A DNA stretch of 64,000 nt from Heterodontus francisci (lineage: Eukaryota), in the NCBI RefSeq assembly GCF_036365525.1, contig NC_090373.1:119713909-119777908 (forward strand), given 5' to 3'. This document shows, piece after piece, positions 24,042 through 37,369 of the stretch; position 1 is the first letter of the stretch, and every line of letters begins with the position of its first letter. Below the pieces are notes generated by a model. It did no database searches and was not told where the DNA came from. It saw only the letters and a list, made by a program, of their open reading frames with translations. Made by a program: the position numbers and the translations under genes.

Positions 24042-25479
24042 AAAAGAAACTTACCTTCTGCCTCTGTGGACCCGCCGGCTTTTCCAATCGTGAACGGGAC
24101 GGCACGTGACGGCCACCCGTTCATTGAAAAATCAGGAAGTGTCAATGGAGAGACGGTGGGCTGCATAATCGGCAAAGGTAAGTATCGTTTACTATATGCT
24201 AATTGTGGTGTCGCCACCATGCAGCAGGGGGGGCCACACCGAGGTCTCCCCGCCGCCGGTAATTTGCAGCAGCCCTTCTCGACATCGCGGGTCAAGGTGG
24301 GCCTCTCTCCGCAGAATTTTACCGGCCCCTGCACCACGACCCGCTATGTCGAGGGGCTGGTAAAATTCAGCCCATACTCTCTGGAGTTTAGGAGAGGAGA
24401 GATCGCATTGAAACTTAAAAGATTCTGAAGGGGTTTGACAGAGTAAACACTAAGAGGTTGTTTGCCCTGGCTGAGGAATCTAGAACACGGTGGCACAGTC
24501 TCAGGATAAGGGGCCAATGATTTAGGACTGAGATAAGGAGACATTTCTTCACTCAAAGAGTTTTGAATCTTTGGAATTCTCTACTCTAGAGAGTTGTGGA
24601 TGTTCCATCATTGAATATATGTAAGGCTGAGATAGACAGAGTTTTGGTCATTCAGGGCATCAAGCAATATGAGGAGCAGGTGGGAAAATGGAGTTGAGGC
24701 AGAAGAACAGCCACGATCTTATTGTTCCTATTTCTTATGTTCTTACGAGCCTTTTTCTGCCTCATTAGAATGTTTAAGCTAGGACTATGTCAATTGCAGA
24801 TGCAGAACCATTATGCCAATTTATAAATCCTGCAGAAATCTCAGGACAGCTCTGTAGGTCTTCACCCCATTTTCCCTCTGCAGTGTCTGTGAACTGAGTG
24901 TTTTTCAGGCACAAAGAGTAAAATCTACCCTTATAGCTATTTCTCCAGGATTGCTGCTGATCTTCCTCTGACATTTTTGACAGAGACCCTTTTTTCTGCC
25001 CAGTGTTTAAGTAACAGTAGTGAGACCCATGGATCGTAACAGAGAACCCTTATTCTGTATACCTGCTATTGCAATGCATCATATGCTGCCATAAATATTG
25101 AATGGATAGCCAACCTTTGGCAATCTAAAAATGTTTGTGATTTGACTCTACTTAATTCAAAATTAACACCTCAAAAAACCCACTCTATTGGTTGTAGAAT
25201 CTTGCCCCTTGTGGAATCCTTGGACCCAAACTGTTTGACTTATGCTGATGACTTTTCCATTGAACAATGATTTGTGTTACCCCTTATACGCTGCTTCTAG
25301 CAGCACAAAATATAAACTAAAAATTCAACTGACCAAAAATGTATTTTTGTCACAGACCTTTCCTGAGTTACAGAGAAACATTGCAGCTTAGTAGTTCAAT
25401 TCTTTAGTGTATTCTACTATAATTCTGGATGAAACATGTGCTCACTTGTATTTCTCTTCTGTCATGTTCAAGGGTTTCT

Positions 25480-26090
25480 CAGTACCCAAGGCGCAGAGGT
25501 TAACCTTACTCTCGCAACAACTTTCTACCCAGCCTTTGGAAAGGAAGATTGGGGATAAGGATAGAGGGATCAATGAGGTATTTTTTGAGGAAGGTATTTT
25601 TAAAAGGGAGGTGAACAGTACTTGAAGAGAGGAACTCATATGCAATGTTGGCTAGCATGGGGGCCAGGAAGGATAGTTAGGTGGTCAGCAGTTTAGTGGA
25701 AGTTGGTTCAAGGAGCAGGAAATGAGTCTCATAGATGAGATGAACCAGCATAAGGGGAGATGAGAGAGAAACTGGAGAGAGACGATTGTTCAGGGGTAGG
25801 GCAGGCACCTGAGGATAAACTTAGCTCAGTGGTAAAGAGGAAAGGGGTTGCAGCAGAGGTAACTGCATGGATAACCTCAATCTTAGTGACCGAGATGACC
25901 ATGAGCTCCTTGTACTTATTGGAGTGGGATGGGGCCAGGAAAAAGAAGGGGTATTTAAGGAGGTGGTTTGGAGTAGCAGAATGAAGCCATGAGTTATCTT
26001 TGTTCTTCAAAATGATCCCGGAGTCGTAGGTGATTTTGGTAGCAGAGAGTGAGATCTCATAGTATTTGATGTGGTTCGGCCATATCTATT
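25480..26090 (-). mobile_element. Old L2-like LINE remnant
   Basis: Purine-rich, degenerate tract with weak ORF2-like wording on the reverse strand; no intact motif. Confidence 0.4.
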
Positions 26091-26384
26091 AATAGATGAC
26101 TAAACCATTTGTGCACTATAGATGCTCTAGATTACATCCCTTGGAACTGAGGGAATGAGGGTTGAGCCATACCAGGGGAAATTACCAGGATAGGAGAAGA
26201 TAAGATTTTTATTGAGGACAAGGACATCAGAGTTGGAGGAGAAAAAGTGTTGAACAGATCAACAGTTGCAGCAGTATTATAGCAAATGGAGAACCAAAAG
26301 GAATGCAGTTGATAGCTTAAAAGTGCAATTGTAAGTGACTTGGGGAACAGCTTTTCCAGAGGCGGACATGTAAATAATTGGTGT

Positions 26385-27993
26385 GAAATATTAGATATGA
26401 TAAGCATAATGAGAGAGGAAGTACTGGAGGGCCTGACATCCTTGAAAGTGGATAAATCACCAGGGTTGGATGGATTGTATTCCAGGCTGTTAAAGGAAGC
26501 CAGGGAGGAAATAGCAGATGCTCTGAAGATCATCTTCAAATCCTCACAAGATACAGGTGAGGTACCAGAGGATTGGAGGTCTGCGAACGTTGTTCCATTG
26601 TTCAAAAAGGGTGCAAGGGATAATTATAGGCCTATCAGTCTGACCTTGGTAGTGGGCAAATTATTAGAATTAATTCTGAGAGATAGAATAAACTGTCACT
26701 TAGAAAGGCACATATTAATCAGGGATAGCATGGATTTGTTAAGGGAAGGTTGTGTCTTCCTAAATTAATTGATTTTTTTGAGGAAATAACGAGGAGGATT
26801 GATGAGGATAGTGCAGTGGATGTTGTCTATATCGATTTTAATAAGGCATTTGACAAGGTCCCACATGGCAGACTGGTCAGAAAAGTAAAAGCCCATGGGA
26901 TACAGGAGAATGTGGCGAGTTGGATCCAAAATTGGCTCAGTGATAGGAAACAAAGGGTAATGGTCGATGGATGTATTTGTGACTGGAAGGCGTTCCACAT
27001 GGTTCAGTGTTGGGTCCCTTGCTGTTCGTGGTATATATTAATGATTTGGACCTAAATGTGGGAGGCATGATTGGGAAATTTGCAGATGACACAAAAATTT
27101 GCCATGTAGTTGATAGTGAAGAGGATAGCTGAAGACTCCAGAATGATATCAATGGTTTGATTGAATGGGCAGAAAAGCAGCAAATAGAATTCAATCCAGA
27201 CAAGTGTGAGGTAATAGAGTTGGGGAGGGCAAACAAAGCAAGGTAATACACAATAAACGGGAGGATACTGAGAGGGGTGGTGGAAGTGAGAGACCTTGGA
27301 GTGCATGTCCACAGAACCCTGAAGGTGGCAGGACAGGTAGATAAAGTGGTGAAGAAGGATATGGCCTGCTTTCCTTTATTGGCTGAGGTATAGAATACAA
27401 AATCAGGGATGTAGTGCTGGAACTGTATAAAAAGCTGATTAGGCCACAGCTGGAGTATTGCATACAGTTCTGGTCACCACATTACAGGAAGGACATAATT
27501 GCTGTGGAGAGAGTACAGAGGAGATTTGCAAGAATGTTGCCAGGGCTTGAAAATTGCAGCTATGAGGAAAGATTGGATAGGCTAGTTTGTTTTCCTTATA
27601 ACAGAGGAGGCTGAGGGGTGATTTAATTGAGGTATACAAAATTATGAGGGGCATAAAGTAGACAGGAAGGACCTGTTTCCCCTAGTGGGGAGGTCAATTA
27701 CCAGGGGGCACAGCTTTAAGGTGATTGGTAGAAGGATTAGAGGGAACATGAGGAAAAACTTTTTCACCCAGAGAGTGGTGGGTGTCTGGAATTCACTGCC
27801 TGGATCGGTGGTGGAGGCAGAAACCCTCAATTCATTTAAAAGGTACCTGGACCTGCACCTGAAGTGCTGTAACCTGCAAGGCTACGGACCAGGTGCTGGA
27901 AGGTGGGATTAGATTGAGCGGCTAGTTTTTTCAGCTGGCGAAGACACGATGAGCTGAATGGCCTCCTTCTGTACCGTAACTTTTCTATGGTTT
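26385..27993 (+). mobile_element. 5'-truncated CR1 LINE
   Basis: Reads KVDKSPG, EVPEDWR, NYRPISL, DFNKAFD, FADD, RPQLEYC, WNSLP, followed by a CR1 tail. Confidence 0.92.
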
Positions 27994-29308
27994 AACGGAT
28001 ATTGCTGTATGTACCTACATTCATACTTTCATGGAAGTATGCATCTGAACCCCAAAGAACCCTTTGTTCATCTGCATCCTTTCCATTAAGTGTGTATTTC
28101 CATCCTTGTTTTTTCTCCAACAGTCTGCCATCCCAATAGCCTGCTTTTATATTTCTGATTATATTTAGCCCTCCACATTGTTTACCAAACCATTTGTGTT
28201 CACAACATCTAAGTCCAAATCATCTATATACACTGAAAATAAAAGTGGATCCAGCACTGACCTCAACATACATCACTTCCAGTTTGTCTTCTGTCTGAGC
28301 AATATCTACTTTCTTTCCAAGCTTCAACAGTTCCCCTCATAACTAATGCCCAAATTTTGCTAACAAGCCTTTTGTGAGATATCTTAATGAATGCCTTCTG
28401 AAAATCCAAATGAAAGTCTAAGTGCTAGTAGATTTAAAAATTCAAAAAAAAGCCCAGAAAAATACTCAAAACATGCATCTTCAATATATGTGAGCTTTTA
28501 AAAGCTCTTCTTCCTGAAAGTCTTTCACATTAGTTTTTTATGGGTTTGCTGGTGACTTGGTATCTAACACTACTAAAGTACACTTTTAAATAGCTTGGTA
28601 GAACTTTCACCTTCACCTGCTATGGATGGAAGCTTCCAATGCCCACTCTCAGCCAAAAATGAAACAAAGCCAAGATTAGATGGTAACCATGCTGCAATCC
28701 TTGCTGATCCATTCCCTGTCTGCTCTCAGAAATATGGTGTATCCTACAAATAGATCAATCCTGAGGGATCCATTAAATAATTTTAGAGCCTCTAATGAGG
28801 TTTATATTCCCTAGCAGCACAGTCTCAAAAAATAAACTCACAAATTTCTTTGCCACAGCATGCTGTGCTTGATCTGTGGACTCACTTTCGCAACCTCCTA
28901 TCAATGTTAGTGGTACTTAAAATCAGTGCTTATAGTGTCCATAATCTTGCTTATTTAAAGTTGAATCTCAGTTGTTCTGCTGATTTTCTAAGAAACCATT
29001 ATACAAATTAGCTCATTATTTCCAGAAATATGCTATTATACTAATTATAATTGACAGCCCGCAGAATTTTAAAGAAAAAAGAGAAAGACTTGCATTTATG
29101 TAGCACCTTTCAACACGTCCAAAAGCTCTTTAAAGCCATTGAGTCACTGGTGTAATGTCGGAAATGTGGCTGTATTTTTGTGATAATGGTTGAAGGACAC
29201 TGGGGAGATTTCTCCTATTTTTCTTCGAACAGTAGCATTGCATTTTTATGTCCATCTGAGAAACCAGAAGGTATATGGCGTTAGCTCGCAGATCAGCTGT
29301 GATCTCAT

Positions 29309-29761
29309 GTCAGCTATCATTCAGTTGGTAGCACTCTTGCCTCTGAGTCACAAGGCTTTGGATTCAAGAGCCATTCCAGAGCTTGAGCACAAAAATCAAG
29401 GCTGACACTCCAGTGCAGTACTGAGGGAGCGCTGTACTGTCGAATGTGCCATCTTTCGGATGAAAGGTTCAGGAGAGGCTCCACCTGCTTGCTCAGGTGG
29501 ATGTAAAAGATCCCATTGCGCTATTTTGAAGAAGAGGAGGGAAGTTATCCCTCGTGTCCTGGCCAATATTTATCCCTCAATCTACATCACAAAAACAGAT
29601 TATCTGGTCATTATTACATTGCTGTTTGTGGGATTTTGCTGTGTGTACACTGGCTGCAATGTTTCCTGTATTACAACAATGACTACACTTCAAAAAGTAA
29701 TTCATTGGCCATAAACGCTTTGAGACCTCCGGTGGTGCTATATAAATGCAAGTCTTTCTTT
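29309..29761 (+). mobile_element. DeuSINE (SacSINE1-like), full length
   Basis: tRNA-like head (TCAGTTGGTAGC; GATTCAAG), Deu-like core (CTGACACTCCAGTGCAGTACTGAGGGAG..GGATGTAAAAGATCCCA) and tail GCTATATAAATGCAAGTCTTTCTT. Confidence 0.85.
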
Positions 29762-29866
29762 GCATTAAATGGCTGAACAGGCTCAAGGGCTAAATGACCT
29801 ACACCTGCTCCATGTTCCTAGGTAGCTTCGATTTCACCGCTCATCCAAAGATGACACCTCTAATAG

Positions 29867-30598
29867 TGTAAGATTTCGAACCTCACTTATAATTTGTTCT
29901 TGGACCAGACAATAAGAATTCAGACGAGGAGACACCTAATGTAGTAATATGGGGATGATTTATTACGGCTAAAAGCAATATTTATCAAATCCAAGGCAGT
30001 TGATATCCTAGTCCAGATGGCCTTTACTCTCCACTGGCTCTAGTGGCACATTCAGCTCCTGACTCCTCTTCTCTTGTCTCTCCCGTCATCATCTTCAAAT
30101 CTGTACACCGAACCTCTCCAAGTCCGTTCTTTTATTCTTTGTAACCAGTGGCTCCTCCTGTGCATTGATTGGTTGGTTCATACATATCACTGTTTTGATT
30201 GGTCCTGCCATTTCATTTTTCAGTACTTCCGTTTGTATATTAATCCTGATCACATGCACAAAACAATGTGTACAAACAATCCATTACAACCTTGAGGTCC
30301 ATTTCATACATTTCCAGTGAGACTCATCCTGCTTTTCTGTTACATTTTGATCACAACTTGTTACATAGTTTTCAATATCTGTTCTTTCCCTTTATTAGTC
30401 TGTATCACAAAGTAATTCTGGATGACTCAAACTGTATAGGCAGCATTTTTTTCCAGTAAGATACACAGCTAAAGTTAACTCTTCATTTACCAAAAGGTTA
30501 TACAAAACATATATATTACATATATATATAAATGAAAATGCATAAAATTCATAATACAAAAAAAGCCAATAAAAATGACAGAATCCACATTTCTTACA
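29867..30598 (-). mobile_element. Solo LTR (732 bp)
   Basis: Inverted termini TGTAAGA...TCTTACA. The 4-bp TSD is ATAG/GTAG with one mismatch. It interrupts a DeuSINE that is colinear on both sides; AATAAA on the - strand near 29960. Confidence 0.75.
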
Positions 30599-31078
30599 GT
30601 AGTGCAGTGCTCCCTCAATACTTCATTGGAGTATCAGCCTAGATTTTGAGCTTAAGTCTCAGGAGTGGGTCTTGAACCCATAATATTCTGACACAAAGCT
30701 GAGGCACAGCTAACACCTAATATTTTCACTATAGTTTTGTGAAGTTTCCTGTATTGTGATAATTAGGAAACAGGTAAAAGAACATAAATGTCCATGGAGG
30801 TATAGATAGTAGAGCAAAGGGAGTGGTGTTACTGGTGTACTTTTTTTTTGTACGTCAGTTTGATAGCAAATGATATGTAGAGTGTGGCAATGCTATTCGC
30901 AGAAGGTATCAAAACATCAGCTAGATTTACCTGTTAAGATTTCTTAATTGCAGATGAGTCTATTCCAGTACTCTAATTTTGCAGATGTATTTCTTGTAAA
31001 GCCTAACTGATATATATTTATTTGCTGTGTTTTTTTAGCAGACCATATTATAATAATTTTCCTTGTTTATGCACATAG

Positions 31079-31185
31079 ATTTAAATGGAAATAACTACAT
31101 TGATCAAGAAGACATACGGGCCATCATACTTCGCTTAACTAATAGGATGATGGATGAAATAAATATATTAGCATTGACTCACTAT
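31079..31185 (+). CDS. CIB4: CIB4-like coding exon 5 (EF-hand DLNGNNYIDQED)
   Basis: catAG acceptor, 107 nt, GTGAGT donor; phase 1 matches exon 4. Canonical EF loop followed by IILRL. Confidence 0.92.
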
Positions 31186-33859
31186 GTGAGTAACTGTATA
31201 ATTTCCATTTGTAGTAATTTACTGCAATAATACAATGTTCAAGTGATTCAAACCCTGCATAGCTGAGGCATGTTTTTAGGAGGTGCAGACCTGCCTGGCA
31301 TCTGCACACTCCTCTTGACCTTATAGGCTGGTGTCCAGAGGAAAGACGAAAGCCTATACGTCTGGGGCCTATTCGGTTGCAGGAGTTGCTGGAAGGTGCT
31401 AACTTGAGGGAAGCACCAACCGCCTAATGGGACTCCACGCCAGATTTTTTGGGATTTACTCCCTTAGCCATTAACTCTTGATGTTGTTGTTAATGTTGAA
31501 GGCACTGACCGACAGGGCCCAGATCAGCACAAAAGTAGGTGTGATCTTGCCCTCCAAGAGTGTGAAGGGAGCAGCTACAGGTCACTGCTTTCCACCTCCA
31601 GGTTGCCACCTCCATCCCCAAACCCTTCAGCTACTACAACCTCTGGTGGTCAATCTGACATGACTGTAGGTCGCTTAGGAGTGAATTCAGTGCAGGCAAG
31701 TGATTTTTCTGGCCAGTAACAGGCTGAAGTGAAATAAAAACAGTATCTTCGCTTCACTCATTCAAACAAAACCCACCAAAATAGTACAATTTTAGGTTTC
31801 ATAAAATTTCATACATTCCTTTTGCTAGCTCCAATCCCAGAGATTTCCAGAGGAGTCTTTCTGTCCTGTTTATAGATAGATGTTATGTACCCTGACCAAC
31901 CCAAACCATCAAATTGGCAGTATGGCTCTTTTCACTCAGTTAAAGATTGGCCTCCCCTACATTTTTGGCATCTCCCCTTGTTTCACTTGTCTCATCTTTC
32001 TTTTAAATTTTCACAAACTACTGTCCCTTGAAGCTTCAACCCAAGTTTCTCTTTGAGTTATCCACTCTTATGTTTCAGCCTCTGCAACAAGCAATTTTTC
32101 ATCACATTTCCTCTTGCCATGAGTTCTCTTCTATTAATTCACCAATCTCTAGTCCTCCCTAAACCTTTTCCTCTGTATCTTTCTTACCCATATTCACAGC
32201 CACCACCACAACCTCAACATCTCCTGTGGTCTCTTCATTCATATAGTCTCAATCACCAACAAGACCATCGCTGACCATTTCTTTGTAATTTTCACCACTG
32301 ATATATCACATTTTGACTTCCTTCTCCCCCAAGTCACTTTCAACTGTAGTATCAAACTATTTAGCCTTTGGTCCTCCATTCGCCAATATCTCTGCAGCTG
32401 TTGATCTGCTCAACTGATCCCTCAGCTCCACTTTCAATACCCTTGTCTCCCATCCCTGTAATTCCTCCTGGTACAGCCTTGAGGAAAGTGAAATAGATCT
32501 TCCCCAGTTGTGCAAACAGGAAATCAGCACCCATTTTACACCACGCCCTTACAGACATGAATGAGGGGCTTATTGCTTATTTGGGAATTCCTCAGGAAAC
32601 ATGTGTCTGAGGAGTGAAGCAGGTGCCAGACTGCTCTGCTCAGCTTCACTTGGCTTGGAGGTAGCCTAGAAACTGACCGACAATGAAAAGGTGAATTTTA
32701 GTAACTTAAAAAAAAATTCATGTGGAACCAGGAGGAGCAGGGTCCTCACAACTTCACAGTACTGTCACCGCTGGCTACAACTGGTGCCCATGCACCATTC
32801 TTCCCCTTTCCCCACTTCTAGGCACTAAACTGTAGCCATTGCCAATGAGACAAGTGGCCCAAAATTAATTCATGCACTAGGCGTGCTGCTTGTGGAGGTA
32901 TGACAGGCACCAGCAGCTTGCCCAGATTAGATGAGTCCCGAACCTTAATTTCAGGCCAGCCTCTGGCCTCCTGTTTTGGGCGCACATTCTAGCCTCATTG
33001 CCTGAAACTGTGACTAATGAATTGCTACCTCAAAGATTTCAAAAAGAATTATAACTTTGCACGATACAAATGTCCAACAGTTTATATCACCCTGCTGTTA
33101 CCCTGATGCTTATCTTGAGTCTAGTGCTCTTAATATGTGCATTTTTAAGGATGCAGCATTAGAACTGGAAGGCTACTGTGCCTCAGTCAAGAGGCCTTGA
33201 GATTCTCATGCTCCATAACCTCTAGGATCTCAGTTATGGTGCCAGGCAGTTCCAATTCAGCATCTAGGGCAGTTGGCATATTTGGCTTTCTGTCACAAGG
33301 ATGTGCATTGATGGAGAATCCAAACATGCTGTTTTTTCTTGAGAGATGTCAACATGGTCCTTTCCCATTATATGACTGCTCCCGTTATTGAGCTTCTGTT
33401 CAGCGCTCTCACTGATCTGTGGAAGAGTAGAATTCATTTGGTCTCCCACCCTATCCAAGTCAGAGGAACTGGTTAAGTCCATGGCCCCAGTATAAGCATT
33501 TCTCAGTGATGCTATTATTGTGCTCCAGACTCCTGCAGGAAGCTTTCAGTTGCAATATGTACTGAGGTAACCACATGCTCCATGATTGCATCCAGTGTCA
33601 GTAGCATACACCAAAACCCCACATAGGTTGGTGTTGACATGTAGCAGAGGTTTTCTGGCAGACAGTCCAACACACTGAGCATCTTTTTTTTTAAAGACTG
33701 AGCCCCTAAAGACTACATCTTTGTCTTCTTCAGTAGAGCTAGGATACTGGCTTGCCCTCCTTAAGGAGCATCTTTCCACTTGCACTTTCTCCTGCTCGCT
33801 TATGCCCAGTGAATCGCCCAGTACAGACCCCTCTAAATCCTAACGGTCGAGTGCTGATA

Positions 33860-36800
33860 TTTTTTTTTTTATTCATTCATGGGATGTGAGCGACGCCTGC
33901 CAGGCCAGCATTTATTGCCCATCCCTAATTGCCCTTGAGAAGGTAGTGCTGAGCTGCCTTCTTGAACCGCTGCAGTCCATGTGAGGTAGGTACACCCACA
34001 GTGCTGTTAGGAAGGGAGTTCCAGGATTTTGACCCAGCGACAGCGAAGGAACGGCGATATAGTTCCAAGTCAGGGTGGTGTGTGACTTGGAGGGGAACTT
34101 GCAGGTGGTGGTGTTCCCATGCATTTGCTGCCCTTGTCCTTCTAGTTGGTAGAGGTCACGGGTTTGGAAGGTGCTGTCGAAGGAGCCTTGGTGCATTGCT
34201 GCAGTGCATCTTGTAGATGGTACACGCTGCTGCCACTGTGCGTCGGTGGTGCAGGGAGTGAATGTTTGTAGATGGGATGCCAATCAAGCGGGCTGCTTTG
34301 TCCTGGATGGTGTCGAGCTTCTTGAGTGTTGTTGGAGCTGCACCCATCCAGGAAAGTGGAGAGTATTCCATCACACTCCTGACTTGTGCCTTGTAGATGG
34401 TGGACAGGCTTTGGGAGTCAGGAGGTGAGTTACTCGCCTCAGGATTCCAAGCTTCTGACCTGCTCTTGTAGCCACGGTATTTATATGGCTACTCCAGTTC
34501 AGTTTCTGGTCAATGGAAGCCTCTAAGATGTTGATAGTGGGGGATTCAGCGATGGTAATGCTGTTGAATGTCAAGGGGAGAAGGTTAGATTCTCTCTTCT
34601 TGGAGATGGTCATTGCCTGGCACTTGTCTGGCGCGAATGTTACTTGCCACTTATCAGCCCAAGCCTGGATATTGTCCAGGTCTTGCTGCATTTCTACATG
34701 GACTGCTTCAGTATCTGAGGAGTCACGAATGGTGCTGAACATTGTGCAATCATCAGCGAACATCCCCACTTCTGACCTGATGATTGAAGGAAGGTCATTG
34801 ATGAAGCAGCTGAAGATGGTTGGGCCCAGGACACTACCCTGAGGAACTCCTGCAGTGATGTCCTGGAGCTGAGATGATTGACCTCCAACAACCACAGCCA
34901 TCTTCCTTTGGGCTAGGTATGACTCTAGCCAGCGGAGGGTTTTCCCCCTGATTCCCATTGACCTCAGTTTTGCTAGGGCTCCTTGATGCCATACCCAGTC
35001 AAATGCTGCCTTGATGTCAAGGGCAGTCACTCTCGCCTCACCTCTTGAGTTCAGCTCTTTTTTACATGTTTGAACCAAGGCTGTAATGAGGTCAGGAGCT
35101 GAGTGGCCCTGGCGGAACTCAAACTGAGCGTCACTGAGCAGGTTATTGCAAAGCAAGTGTCGCTTGATGGCACTGTTGATGACACCTTCCATCACTTTAC
35201 TGATGATTGAGAGTAGGCTGATGGGGCAGTAATTGGCCGGGTTGGACTTGTCCTGCTTTTTGTGTACAGGACATACCTGGGCAGTGTTCCACATTGCAGG
35301 GTAGATGCCGGTGTTGTAGCTGTACTGGAAAAGCTTGGATAGGGGCGCGGCAAGTTCTGGAGCACAGGTCTTCAGTACTATTGCCGGAATATTGTCAGGG
35401 CTCATAGCTTTTGCAGTATCCAGTGCCTTCAGTCGTTTCTTGATATCACGTGGAGTGAATCGAATTGGCTGAAGTCTGGCATCTGTGATGCTTGGGACTT
35501 CAGGAGGAGGCCGAGATGGATCATCAACCCGGCACTTCTGGCTGAAGGTTGTTGCAAATGCTTCAGCCTTATCTTTCGCACTGATGTGCTGGGCTCCCCC
35601 ATCATTGAGGATGGGGATATTTGTGGAGCCACCTCCTCCAGTTAGTTGCTAGCTCTGCTGGACAGATGCTGCCAGATCTGCTGAGTGGTTCCAGCATTTC
35701 TTGTTTTTATTTCAGATTTCCAGCATCTGCAGTATTTTGCTTTTATCCTCCAGTTAGTTGTTTAATTGTCCACCACCATTCACGGCTGGATTTGGTAGGA
35801 CTGCAGAGCTTAGATCTGATCCGTTGGTTATGGGATCGCTTAGCTCTGTCTATCGTATGCTGCTTATGCAGTTTGGCATGCAGATAGTCCTCGGTTGTAG
35901 CTTCACCAGGTTGACACCTCATTTTGAGGTATGCCTGATGCTGCTCCTGGCATGCCCTCCTGCACTCTTCATTGAACCAGGGTTGGTCTCCTGGCTTGAT
36001 GGTAATGTTAGAGTGGGGGATATGCCGGGCCATGAGGTTACAGATTGTGGTTGAGAACAATTCTGCTGCTGCTGATGGCCCACATTGCCTCATGGATGTC
36101 CAGTTTTGCATTGCTAGATCTGTTCGAAATCTATCCCATTTAGTACGGTGATAGTGTCACACAACATGACGGACAGTATCCTCAATGTGAAGGCAGCACT
36201 CCGTCTCCACAAGGACTGTGCGGTGGTCACTCCTACCAATACTGTCATGGACAGAAGCATGTGCGTCAGGCAGATTGGTGAGGACGAGGTCAAGTATGTT
36301 TTTCCCTCGTGTTGGTTCCCCCACCACCTGCCGCAGACCCAGTCTAGCAGCTATGTCCTTTAGGACTTGGCCAGCTCGGTCAGTAGTGGTGCTACCGAGC
36401 CACTCTTGGTGATGGACATTGAAGTCTCCCACCCAGAGTACATTTTGTGCCCTTGCCACCCTCAGTGCTTCCTCCAAGTGGTGTTCAACATGGTGGAGTA
36501 CTGAGTCATCAGCTGAGGGAGGGCGGTAGGTGGTAATCAGTAGGAGGTTACTTGCCCATGTTTGCCCTGATGCCATGAGACTTCATGGGGTCCGGAGTTG
36601 ATGTTGAGGACTCCTAGGGCAACTCCCTATTGTATACCACTGTCCCGCCACCTCTGGTGGGTCTGTCCTGCCGGTGGGATAGGACATACCCGGGGATGGT
36701 GATGGCAGTGTCTGGGACATTGTCTGTAAGGTATGATTCCGTGAGTATGACTGTCAGGCTGTTGCTTGACTAGTCTGTGGGACAGCTCTCCCAACTTTGG

Positions 36801-37228
36801 CACGAGCCTCCAGATGTTAGTAAGGAGGACTTTGCAGGGTCGACAGGGCTGGGTTTGCCGTTGTCGTTTCCAGTGTCTAGGTCGATGCCGGGCGGTTCAT
36901 CCGGTTTCATTCCTTTTTATTGACTTCGTCGCGATTAGGTACAACTGAGTGGCTTGCTAGGCCATTTCAGAGGGCATGTAAGAGTTAACCACGTTGCTGT
37001 GGGTCTGGAGTCACATGTAGGCCAGACCAGGTAAGGACAGCAGATTTCCTTCCCTAAAGGACATTAGTGAACCAGATGAGTTTTTACAACAATTGACAAT
37101 GGTTTCATGGCCATCATTAGACTAGCTTTTTAATTCCAGATTTATTAATTAAATTCAAATTCCACCTTCTACTGTGGTGGGATTCGAACCCATGTCCCCA
37201 GAGAGACACCCTGGGTCTCTGGGTTACT
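33860..37228 (-). mobile_element. tRNA-headed single-ORF APE-RT non-LTR retrotransposon, copy 1 (lacks ~30 nt of the 5' end)
   Basis: B box GGTTCGAATCCC at 37179-37190, then a SINE-like core. APE starts at ~36836 (KVLLTNIW..ILTESYL..RGGGTVVY). RT ORF 34371-35405 is followed by a WNSLP C-terminus, short 3' UTR and poly(A). Confidence 0.92.
35649..35745 (+). mobile_element. 97-bp Penelope pLTR 3' fragment inserted in the LINE
   Basis: 15-bp TSD TCCTCCAGTTAGTTG (35634-35648, 35746-35760); the sequence matches 47905-47983. Confidence 0.88.
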
Positions 37229-37369
37229 CATCTCTGTGCTGGAACTTCTTCAAAGGGTAAGAGCAAGTGATGGTGCATCTTTCAGAAAGTTTTCTCCCTC
37301 AGTCTATGCTCCTGAAAGGCCCAAGATGTCTGATAAACCTAGAAAAATGTTCAACAGGGTTAGCATAGT

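Larger units (their letters stand above)
17833..24373 (-). mobile_element. PIF/Harbinger DNA transposon (decayed transposase) with nested insertions
   Basis: TIRs GGGCAGAATTTTA/TAAAATTCAGCCC and a 3-bp TSD ATA in the host CR1. The - strand carries HARBI1-like motifs [47 protein letters not shown]. Confidence 0.88.
12560..24745 (+). mobile_element. Near full-length old CR1 LINE (5' UTR, esterase-type ORF1, APE-RT ORF2, 3' tail) split by nested insertions
   Basis: ORF1 remnant DSIVRGID..CWLPGARV..VGTND (~13590-13760). APE remnant LIAITETW (~14300). RT remnants NYRPVSL, DFYKAF, QGSVLGP, FADD, RPHLEY. The element resumes at 24377 after the Harbinger insertion and ends at TTCTTATGTTCTTA. Confidence 0.85.
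29082..30710 (-). mobile_element. DeuSINE split by nested insertions
   Basis: The 3' part at 29082-29260, middle at 29825-29866 and head at 30603-30710 are reverse-complementary to the intact copy at 29309-29761. Confidence 0.7.
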
